This document shows, one piece after another, positions 41,022-52,401 of a stretch of 64,000 nucleotides of DNA (position 1 is the first letter of the stretch; each line of letters begins with the position of its first letter). The DNA is taken from NCBI GenBank assembly GCA_964057225.1, contig OZ059898.1, forward strand, positions 15,376,001-15,440,000, given 5' to 3'. The position numbers were made by a program, and so were the translations under genes. This DNA is from Auanema rhodensis (Eukaryota > Animalia > Nematoda). Below the pieces are notes generated by a model. That model was given only the letters and a program-made list of their open reading frames with translations, was not told where the DNA came from and made no database searches.

Positions 41022-44000
41022 TTATGTTGTTACGTAAATATTAGGATTTTTGTCTAGATTATTGTTATTTTCTCCAAAATCCTTTTTATCTGAATGAATG
41101 TCCGAAGGAATACACTCGTCGTCGTCATCTGGAATCTTTTTGGGAACACGTCGACACATACGATTCAGAAGTATTGTTAGGCAACGGAAGAGGAAGAATA
41201 ATATTTCGCATAACGTTAATATAGAAGCTCCTGGAAAGCGAGATGATGAGTAAGCTAGATGAATTGATTAACGAACCTATCCAAAGTCCTGCTTGACCAC
41301 CAATATCTGAGATAAGATTAACGAATAGATATGAGCCGGATTCTTTCAATATTTCATAGCTCATCTGCTCATAATAGATTTCCAGCATGGCTGCATGTGT
41401 CCTGAAAATGTGCACTTGCTTCAGCTCTCAGAGTAGCGTTCAACGTACCCATAATACGTGTTGCAATCTGGATCACGTCCCTCACATTCCATTTTGATAC
41501 TTCCACTCGGCCATTTAGCAGCCGAATATGTGGTACTATAGACATCTTGCTTACATGGATGAACACATCGACAGGAATTCTTACGCGTACTCAGTTTAGC
41601 ACCTTCAGCCAATAGGCATCGTTCTGAAAATACACGTCATACTTGTAAAACTGTATATTACCGTAATTCAATAAAATAGTTAGATACTTACGTATGTCTT
41701 CATTATGAGTATCACATACTGGAACACGATCATTGGGTGCTGGAAACCGTGGATCAGCACATCCACACTTGTTGATCATTCGTCGTTGATAGCACGATCT
41801 ATAGCAGCCCTATAAACAAAGAAAAACGAATATTTTATATAAATTAGCATAATTTAGCATACTTCCGGCTCATATTTATAATTCTTATACACATATCCAT
41901 AAGGTAATGGTCCGTCTGAATCATAACAATCACCATATGGTATAGGTAGACGATTAACTTTTCTCTTAACATATGCATATTATACTAAACTATATGGCAT
42001 ATCTAACTAACCAAACTAATTCCAAATGAACTGATGACACCCGTTGGAGCTGAATAACCAAATGTATCAGGAAATGGACATTCTTCCTAGAAGAGAAGGT
42101 ACTTAAAGTACGTTTCATCGTATATCTTTAGCTTACTTGGCCATGAATAGCAATTCGTACTCCTGTTGCTTCTGTTGTTGGAAGATAATCAGATGAATTT
42201 ACAAAAACCATCAAACGAAGACCTTTAACAAGAAGTTCAACATGATTATATATACGGATAAAGCTTATTATATACCATAATTAGGTCCGGCTCTACTGCT
42301 GGCTTTGATTTTATTGGGATCAGCATTGAATGTATAGCAATTTCCAAAAGCAGGATCTATATGTAATCTGTAATATATAATCTCATAAAATATTTCCTAA
42401 AATATAAAATGTAATGTGTATAATACATACTTAAACTCTTTTTCAATATCACATTGTAAGCCATTGAATGAACACATACGAATAAGTTCAGCTTTACCAT
42501 AACCTAAAGCAGCTCGCCGCTGTGGATGTAACGATGACATTTTAAGAATTAATCTTAATTTTATATTAATTATGTGAATATTATTCATAAATCATTATAT
42601 TTACTTTTCTTTAGCTTGTGTAGTAATAGCTACTTGATCAGTCATATTGCCATATCCTAATTTTGATAATTGTTCCAAGTATTCTTTACGAAATGGACTG
42701 TTCCTATCCGGAATCTTTTTTCCTCGAAATTCCCAAACTCTTTTCATTCGATTATCAGCTTTCAGTATGCAGTAACCCATTTTCTAGAAAGAATAATTTT
42801 TTTCCTTCAAATACATATTACATACCAATTGGCACATGCATGGATGTGATTCGGTTCCAGTTGTATTCGGCACATTACAGAAACCAATGTCATTACATTC
42901 AGGACAGATAGATTCTTGCCACGTGCTGAAATAAAACGAAAATGAGCTTCTGTTGAATGATGAATGATGAAAAAGATAAACGAATTATGAATATGATCAA
43001 CCGATTCTCATTGTCATACGTCAGAAAAATGGGCTGTTTTATGTTACACGTGCGTACACGTGTACGTATACACGTGTAACATATCTTCAAACTATGCTAA
43101 TGAAGTTAATTATCTTTCTTATACATATAAATCAAGAAAGTTTAAAAGTATTTTTAAACTATTAATGCACTGAAACGACTGCAGCCATAACATAAAACTT
43201 TATTTCCAACAAACTTTATAGAAAGTTTACTTCAAACAAAATTTTTCATTTGGAACTTGCTTCGAAAACCCCATTTGGCTGACTCCGGATGGATAGCAGC
43301 ACTATTGTAATGTGAGTGTGCGAGTTTGAGGAATTGATTCAAACTTAGAGCAGGAGGTTTGATTGATGATGTGTTTGCTATGCTATTATCATCATCATCA
43401 TACAATCTTTATGGAATGACTTTACAATTGTTCTTCTTACGACACGAAAGCACTCTGGCCGTGTGGTCGTGGAGCATTTTTCCAGCATAAGCTTGAATTA
43501 GATGTATGTATTTAGATCAATTTTCAAAATATTAATCTCAACAACTGCGCATCTTATCCCTTTTCAATTGTGGAAATTGATTAACGGGCTGTGATTGAAA
43601 TCATTTAACACCCACCCTAGAACAATTGAAATGAAGAAGATAAATATATTGAAAAGAATATATAAGAAAATAGAATATATGTATATACATATACTTGAAT
43701 TTAATTATTTTTTTTATATTTTACGAAAATATCATAAAACAAGTTTGTACTATGTGGACAGATCTTTGTTAGCATCAATGTAGATGAGAGGAGAAGAGGG
43801 TCAGTGATCAGTGATGCTTTTAAAGGAGGGGATGTGCTGAACTTTAATTCAAAAATTGCTTTAAAGATTCAATCAAACTAAATAATAAAATTTGTCCGCC
43901 AGCTTTAACACAAGTAGGCTGGAAAATGCTAATTATGGTTGTAACATCAATACCCTGTTCTCACTTTTTTTGTTTTTTTGTTTTTTTCAAAAATAAAATG

Positions 44001-46053
44001 TGTCAACACTGTTATAACTATTTGAATAATGGCATCAAGTATCTATATGTCTAAGTGTAGTTGCCCTATAAACCCTAACGATATGGATACAACGATAAAC
44101 ATATCTTTCTCAAATTTGCATACTGTATTACCTTCTGCTATAACATGGCCAAGCACTACCATCTTGACGATCATAGTTACAGATGCATGCTGCATCTAGA
44201 TTCGATGGAACAGAATCTTTTCCTGAAACCATGTTTCGTATAAATTGATGAGTGTATGTCTAGGTGAACGAACCGACACATTCCTTATCAACACCTTTAA
44301 CACATTCACAAGCTGAGAATACGGGCTCATATTGAACGAATCGAAATCCACCTGAAAATGTTAAAAATTACATTTTTCTGTAAATTTTTATACTTTTAAA
44401 AACATTGCATCGTTCATGTAATTTCGTTTCTCATTCTATTTTATACATTTTTGATTAAAAAACATCTTTTTGCGTCATTTTGAACGAATTGTAAAGAAAC
44501 AACATCGAATTTTAATAGGGCCAAGCATGAAAGAACAGCCTGAGGCAATCAGTTAACTGCTTTAGTCTATAATCCTAACCATCAAAATTGATAGTTTGTA
44601 GGGTTATTCCTTTAACAATCAAGTCTTTTCATTCCATCATCTACTAAGTCGTTTTAATTTCATGAAAAAACTAGGAGAAAAAAACATGATTTTGAGCCTC
44701 ATAATCATTATTCGATATATAGTTTGCAAAATGCAAAAAAAATCATTTAAACTATCATATAACTGACCATTTTTAGTGCTACGTCGTTTTCGAGACATAT
44801 TTTCTTCAAAATGAGCATCATTACTGTATACGACGGCTTGATGAAATGCATCTAACTGAAAAAGGCTTGATGAAAACGACAATTTTTGAACTTTTTCATT
44901 GTGTTGATCTCTATTTTTTGTTGGCTATTTTTTATGTTGTCACATGCACTAAAGTTCATTGTCGATTGAATGAACCAAAAAAGCTTTTTTTTTTCATGTT
45001 GACTATATCTGACTGAACCTAAATAAGCTCACATATATGCATACGTACATAAAATCCCCATGGGGTCATATACTACTATGCTTCATGCTTGCAGCTCCTT
45101 TTCACATAAAATATAATACTTTCAAATATCTTTCATCATTCTTCTTTACTGACTATTTATAAGTTTTGATAAATGAATTGTAATGAAATAAATAGAAATG
45201 AACTTACTGTTTCACTAATTTCAGGAACTGTTCTTGCTAGATGCTTTTTGAATGGATTAAGATTACATACAGATATAGCCGGAAAGGGAGCAGATTCAAA
45301 TTCCAGCTGTAATAACGTCATCATGTATAAGATGATTTTGAAATAAACAAACCTCTACATTGACAATTTTGTCATTTCGTTGATATTTTTCTATGACAAG
45401 AATAATGTTATAAGTTAAAATACACATAGAAATAAGAGTAAAAATCAACCAAAGTATTTGCATAACAACATGACGGAATGTTAAAACCTAAAGAAATATT
45501 ATAGAAATCAAATATAATAGATAAGTTTTATGAAATAAAACTTAAAAAAAACAAAAATAAAAAAGTTTTACCATGGAAAGTCCATGGAAGGTTGTCGATT
45601 GACAGAATTCCACCCAAGCATTGTGAATAGGTCGACTTTCATCATGTTCTTTTGATATTCGAACTGCTTTGCTGAATTCCTGAAAAGTAATTATCTTATA
45701 TAAAGTACAACATGATTATGCTTGAATGTCTACATGGAAACCCTATTCAAACTATATTGATACAGTTGGCTGTGATTCAGATCAGAGATGCATATTAAGG
45801 TAAAACAGTTCCAACTTACTCGAGTGTATTCAGATGCTCTTTTCACAAATGATGGTCTGCGATTAAGCGGTTGACCTTTGTGTCGATAGTTAGGAACAGT
45901 AAGATATTTGTCATCACCATCTATTTCAATTTTGTCAATCGGAGAAGTTTGAATATTTAAGGAAGAGCTGGATGAAGCAATTGATAGCTTATCATATGTA
46001 GGAGGTTCTTCATCAGACACAGTTGGTGGATTAACTTTTAATAATATTGGCAT
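41022..46053 (-). CDS. del-1: DEG/ENaC sodium channel subunit DEL-1 (18 exons)
   Basis: Motifs [144 protein letters not shown]. These closely match C. elegans DEL-1 as recalled. Ser at the degenerin position. Confidence 0.93.
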
Positions 46054-46444
46054 TGGAAGTAATCACTATAGGGTATAATTAGAAGAAATGGTTCAGTTGC
46101 ACATCAGAATATATATGCATATATATATATAGAAAGAGAGACAGAATGCTCAATAAATTCAAGTAAACGGATGTGTGGGGCAAGCGATGATGCTTGCCGA
46201 TACAATGACGACAACCACGTCGAACTTCCGAAGGCTGCAGTTAAGTTCTTTGACTTTCACCCCACTAGTCGTGCTTTTTGCTTTTTTTCTCTCTGTCTTT
46301 CCCTTTCTCTCTCATCTCTCTTAATAGGCACATTCCTCCTTTTATCTATTTCGTCCTGAATTTTGAGCTATTTCTCTGAATCTCTGACCCTCATAACAGC
46401 TGCTCCATCAATCCTCGAAGGGCGTTTCTGTCGACGCCCCGCCT

Positions 46445-46454
46445 TCCCTAGGGA
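46445..46454. promoter_or_regulatory. COE (UNC-3/EBF) binding site upstream of del-1
   Basis: TCCCTAGGGA fits TCCCNNGGGA exactly, ~390 bp upstream of the del-1 ATG; a related CCCCATGGGG lies at 45056-45065 in intron 4. Confidence 0.65.
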
Positions 46455-48312
46455 CATCAATGCATGTGTGCTTACAAGGATACCTTTTCCCTGATCTTTT
46501 GCTTCCTATTTCTTGATCATAGGCATTTCACATTTCTTACTGTCGTTCTTACTGATGAGATGTGAAACTTTCAACTTCTGTTTATATCTTACTGGCATTA
46601 CACCGAGCATTAATTCAAATCTCATCGTTTTAAGTATAAGAGTAATAAACATGTATCGAAACTCCTTCCTCGAATTCTTACTCCAAATATATAACAAGAA
46701 TAACAAATTTTCTAATATGAGCATATGTTGACAACGAATGAAAATAGGAACAAAAAATATCTTAATCATATTAGAACCTAGAGGACGAGGATGTGGGCAT
46801 GAGAGGAGGAAGGAGATCTCGCGTAGAGAACTATGAGTAATAACCTAGCTCGAGATACTTATAACAAGCTATATTTCTTAACAGAAATTCTTTTGTAGTA
46901 TAGCCGTTTCAAGTTTTTGATTGAAGAAAACTAGTTGTGAAATTTCAATTGAGATGATTGGCGTGTGATAAGTTGAATGTCAGATGAAGTAAGAAAAAAA
47001 AGAAAACAAAATAAAAAAAAACAAACTTTGAATCGCTGCCAGATTGTGTAAAATCGCAAACATTGGCTGATCGGATACCTCATTATGTATGAGTATCTAA
47101 TCCCGTAGGGGCAAATCATCTAGATCCGAAAGACATGAGGAATAGTCCGTAGGAGGGGGATGTAAGCGATGAAAAACGAAAGGAGATACAAAGCTATGAC
47201 AGATTCGAAATAATTGAATGTCTGTGAATTCAAAGTAGTTCTGGTAATGATTTCAACCATTTTTCTATCTGTTCAAACATCTCTATCTACATATGGATGT
47301 GTTTAAATGGATATCCGGTTGAGTACGGATAAATGCTTTAAAATGAAAATGTTTGACAGCATTGAAGAACTTACTGGCTTACATTTAGTACATTCAAAGA
47401 AAAAATACAACATATAGAGTGTAGTAACTAACAAACAAGCTTACCGCTAGAAGTCGTGTCACATCATTTGTAACATCACGTGTAATTTTACGTTTAAAGG
47501 TCATGAAATTAAATTTTTTTGAAAGTTCCTATGAGAGAGACCTGAATGAGATTGAAGTTGTTCATTAAATATTCAAAGAAAAAAGAGAATGAAGAATGTA
47601 CAACAGACATGTATGTATGTCCTTATGTTAACAAGGTAAATTAAGCACATAACATTGTAACTCAAAATAATGTTGTTACATATAGAAATAGATGAAGCTT
47701 TTGTACTTTTATGACATAAATAAATATTTAAATGAATTAAACCGAAAGGTCAGCTTTGGACAATAAGGAACAAATCTCCAAGAAAATGGACAAATAAAGC
47801 TAAATAGGGACAACGTCATTCTTTTCTTTTTTTTTATAAAAAAAAAGTATTCAGAAGTTTTTTATTTAACACGCAACTAGTAGACGAGATAGGGTTGAGG
47901 GAGGTCAAGCTTGAGTTATCAAAAGTGCTAAGAATGATATGAAAGCTTGTGTGCTGACATATACATCTAAAGAAAGAAAAGAATAATAGCTCCCAGAAGT
48001 AAACTCAAAACCATAAAAAACAATTCGAAATAACCAAATGATCACATGATATTTGAACTTTCACAGCAATGATTTACGTTCATTCGTTTGAAGTTTAGTG
48101 AGTTTCTAAGATGGATAGCTGCTAAGATAAGACATGTATGTGATGATGACGCTATATCAAAAGCATTAAACTCGTACATGTTGATATGTAGCGCAACTCT
48201 CAAGCACTGAGTTTGAAAAGGAGTGCAGGCTTAAGGCAAGCATGGCTGAGTTCTTCCAAGTAGTTTTCTAAGGTAACGCAAATTTCATTTTGCTTCTACA
48301 ACCTATTTCAAG

Positions 48313-48560
48313 TCAGCCGTTTCTTTGCTCTCGCTTGATTCCGTTTAGAGCCAATGAAACATGAATCTAGAGGGTCACTTTCAAATAAAGTTGAGTTGAG
48401 TGAATTATTTGAGACACAAAAGAACGAATGAAGAAATGTTAACTGAACTTGCCTTTGCTTTTTCAAGTAGAGCATCTCGCTCAACCTCTCGAAACATTTT
48501 GGTTGGCTTTGTATTTGGTGTTGACCGGAAAGTCTGATAGTTCTTCCGGAAGAAGGGCAT
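48313..48560 (-). CDS. Possible small two-exon protein (53 aa) with a GC-AG intron
   Basis: TTTTTTCAG acceptor 5 nt before the ATG; donor AAG|GCAAGT at 48453/48452; gives MPFFRKNYQTFRSTPNTKPTKMFREVERDALLEKAK|IHVSLALNGIKREQRNG*. No homology recognised. Confidence 0.25.
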
Positions 48561-51145
48561 CCTCCCTGAAAAAAACCGAAATTACCTAAGCTTAAAAAAA
48601 CTAAAAGTAGGTATTAAATAATCAAACAAGCAGAAATAAATATTTGAAACTTTAAAAATTCAGAATACGTCAGATATTCTAGGTCTGACATATCCCGATG
48701 GACTACATATCCATTTTGGAAATACACAGATGATGACGAGAATCAAGATCACGTAACATGATAGTTCCTTCAGAACGTGTGTGCATGTAAGTGAGTTTTC
48801 AAACTAATCTCTAATGCTTTTAAATGAACTAACAACTAGCAATTTATTTTAAAAATTGAATTTTTTTATATGAAATTAAGAAAAATTATGAAAAAACTAA
48901 AGTTATGATGTGAAAGAAGAGGAAGAAATGAAGAACAGGTTAGTTTACTAAGCATGAATATCATATTAATGTAATGAAAAATGAGATAAAGTTGAACAAC
49001 AGATGTATTCCATGTGGTTTTTGTCCTTTTTTTACCTTGTGCCACAAGCTCTAGCAACAATTAATCAATCTTATAGTAAATATTTGAATAAAGACTAGCA
49101 AGGAGAACACAAACATAGAAAAATTTCAGAAATAAAAATGAATAGAAGAGAATTTAGATTTATTAAATTTTATAGATTTATATAATGAAGAATCATGACC
49201 CAGTTGTACCTAAACTAGTACAAACAAAGGATATCCTTCTTTTACATGATTTCTTAATGTTTTTTCTAATAAAATATGTTTTTTATCAATTAGAAATTAA
49301 TAAAAAAAAAGTATTTGAATTATATAAATTAGCTTAGTTTAATGATGTCATGGCATATTAATAGGTTATTGCTCTTTGAATAGATGGGCGACAAATCTTC
49401 TAGGTATGACAGACAATTCTTTTAACTAGAATTCCAAGGAATTTTTTTGGAGACTAGAGGGTTGAATTTCAAAAGATTAACTACTTGATTTCTTAGCTCA
49501 CAGTAGTTTACTAAATATGTAAAAAAATAAAAGAAAAACGAATAAACGTTATGGGAGTGGAATAACAATTCTATGAAACATCAATATAATTACCAAGGAA
49601 ATGACTAGAAATGAATGAGATAAGCATAGATAATCAAACATGCTCGTTTACATTTGAAAATTGAAGGAAATAGTAAAGAAAACTAAGTTTTAAGTGAATT
49701 AACTTACATTTTGAGGAAGATGTACGAATCTCTTGATTATTTGACATTTTTGTTTGTAACTAAATGCAGCCGTTTGTACACAAAAAAGGAGAATTAATGA
49801 GAAAAAAAATTTGAATATTTCACGTGAGATATGAGCGCGTAAAGAGATTCGCGTGAGAGAAAGCGTGATAAAGTAAAAACAGAGTAACTGAAGTGAGGAA
49901 TTAGCGAATTATTTTTGAATAGAAATCTAATAAATAAAAAATAAGTAAAAAAGAAAAGAAAGAAAAAAAAGAAGCATATGAAAGCTTTAAAAATTTCTTG
50001 TGTATGTGTTGAACAAAAAATGTTCGTTTTCTTTTATTCATTCAATGTTTTCATCACTTATTTTCCAAATAAAATAAAGTAATTCATTTATAAAATATAT
50101 ATTTATATTTATAACATAAGAGTTATCTTCTAGGAGTAAATAAATACGTTCTTCATCAAATTTTGAAATACTAAGATATTTCTGTACACCCTTCAGGGCA
50201 AAATAATAAAAATGCTTTTACACATAGGCTCATTTAATCTAATTTCATGATGATGGCTGAAAAATTAGGTTATAACAGTGAATGTGCTCAGTAATTTCTA
50301 ATAAAAAAATATAAAAACTATAGATAAAATGTTCAGAAGGCTAATTTAGCAAATAAGTTTACTGGGCTTTTTTCCTGATAACAACCAATAGCATTCGAAA
50401 TTTCTGAATATTAATTAGAATTGGAGCTTTGGTTTCCTTTTTTAATAGGAATTGGTTGAAGTAAGAGCATAATTTGAGCTTGAGAACAACTTTCAATTGA
50501 AGTAGGAGGAGAACAGCAGTTTGTGAAATTTCTTTTTTGATATCAGAACCTCTAATCAAGAAACGAGACGAGAAAGATGTTCGAAAAGACGAGTTGTCTT
50601 TCAGTTTCTTACATGGCATATGTGACTAATTGTTTGTCGGCTATCAGCTATTCTGGTGTCCTGATACTCCCTGGAGAGGATGTCAAAGCAAGGACGACAG
50701 TAGCCTATGGCCAGTTCGGCTCTTTGAGCGGTCTCTCATGGTGGAATACTCCGGATAAGAGCTAAACTAACACATCCCGTGTAAACCTAATCTTTGGATG
50801 AGGAAGGAGAAGACAAAAAAACAGTTGTCACTCACTGCTATACCAACCCAACATGAAACTGGAAGTGAGGCCAGACTATTGTCTGACGAAAACTTCGATT
50901 TCAGCTTTATTTTAGGCTAGCATGACCTGAAATGAATGGATGACCAGTTAGCTGCTCATATCATTTGCAAGCCAATACTTAGCAAATAATGTTTTTTCAG
51001 ATTTACAGCATACAACGTTTCAACCAATAAATGAAATTCTGTCCTAAATTAAAGTATTTTGATATGTGCGATATCAAGATTCGTATGTACTTGATCATTT
51101 CGCAAACTTGAAAGCTTGCACAATACTTTGATGGCTTAATTTAAA

Positions 51146-51469
51146 TTAAGAATCACTTTCTTTTGAGATTCTTAATAGAACAAAGACACCATTGACGAAG
51201 AAGTATCGAAGCATATCTTCAGATGGCTTGTCACACGAGGCGATTAATGTCCTTATTGTGGACTCTTTTGCAAATAGCCTTCCCCTTTTATCTTTAGCAT
51301 GGATCTATGTCCATAGAGAACGAACACTTGTTCACTCACAAATCTGGTGGTGTCGGAGTTTATCTTCTTCAAAGAACCTTCGTCGCTTTTCTATCGGATC
51401 CTTATATAATAAGTTTAGAAAGACGGAACTAATGAAAACACAACTTACAAGCCAACCGTAATAATCCAT
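51146..51469 (-). CDS. Possible uncharacterised spliced gene downstream of pfd-6 (3' end unresolved)
   Basis: Exons 51469-51449, 51400-51340 and 51291 onward, joined by two 48-nt GT-AG introns, stay in frame: MDYYGWLDPIEKRRRFFEEDKLRHHQIYKRGRLFAKESTIRTLIASCDKPSEDMLRYFFVNG. Further splice-like signals extend to ~50.4 kb. Confidence 0.35.
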
Positions 51470-51690
51470 TTCCGATTACCTAATCAGCAAGTAAATCCAC
51501 TCATTTCGAATAAAATATTCTTATTCTATCAGCATAGCTTTATTCATTTAAAGAACACAGCAACAAATCTCATTTTTCAACAAAAATTAACAAGCAAGAT
51601 GAAGAATTGAAGGCAAAAAAATGAAAAAAGATTGATGATCATCCGAAACTGGTTTTAAAAAAATTATGAAAATATGAAAATTTAAAGCAA

Positions 51691-52188
51691 CTATTGTGCA
51701 GCAGTGCGCTTGAATTTTTCTTGAATAGCTAAAACCTTGTCTCTCTGCTCCTTTGCCTTCTCAGCAAAATCAGATAAGTTATCGTCTACTCTTTTACTGA
51801 AATACTCAAAGTTAGAACACTATTACAGGATGAAACGTACATCTCGGCACTAATATACTCGATACGCTTCTCAACATTAGCCTTAGCTTCAGTAGCATCT
51901 TGCTTGACAAGAACAGCACCAATTAGTTTGTAAATTTTGGCTTCCTCGTCGAGAAGGTCGAACTCCTAAATGTATGATATGTTTTTAGCGGCTTGTTTTG
52001 CTTCATACGGTCTTAACAAGATTGTTCTCAGTAAGTTGAGACTCGAGTTGTTGTCTGTTGCTAATGTATCTTTCCTTGTCTGGAAGTTCCTTATACTAAT
52101 TAATATAATATAAAAATTTGCTACCTTTCTCAAGTTGTTTAAGCTTGTTAATTTCTTCTTCGAACTTGGCTTTTAAAGCTTCAGCCAT
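51691..52188 (-). CDS. pfd-6: Prefoldin subunit 6 (121 aa, 4 exons)
   Basis: Exons 52188-52125, 52079-52009, 51965-51841, 51796-51691; RQQLESQLTENNLVKTEFDLLDEEAKIYKLIGAVLVKQDATEAKANVEKRIEYISAEI. The ATG is directly preceded by a TTTCTAG acceptor. Confidence 0.95.
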
Positions 52189-52302
52189 CTAGAAAGCAAG
52201 TTTGGAAATAACAATATGAATGAATAAGGACAAGTAATATAGAGGTTTAAACCCCAACAAACAAAGAAAAAATTGAAAAAAAAGATTACTATCAATTTAC
52301 TT
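52189..52302 (-). promoter_or_regulatory. Operon-type intercistronic region (poly(A) signal, U-rich tract, Ur-like element, trans-splice acceptor)
   Basis: On the minus strand: AGTAAA at ~52302-52297, a U-rich stretch, stem-loop GGGGT-TTAA-ACCTC (52255-52242), TACTTG (52236-52231), then TTTCTAG|ATG. Confidence 0.6.
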
Positions 52303-52401
52303 CGTCTGCTAGTATGCAGTATACATAGAATAAATAAAATTATACAAACAAAGTACCCGATATTCAAAAAAGATTACCACATGAAATGATTGAAAGACCA
52401 A

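Noticed and set aside
46552-46590. CTGATGA...GAAAC hammerhead-like core
   Set aside because: Stems I and III cannot form.
50359-50619. 86-aa minus-strand ORF from the track
   Set aside because: No recognisable domain and no clear splice link; it is covered only as part of the unresolved locus.
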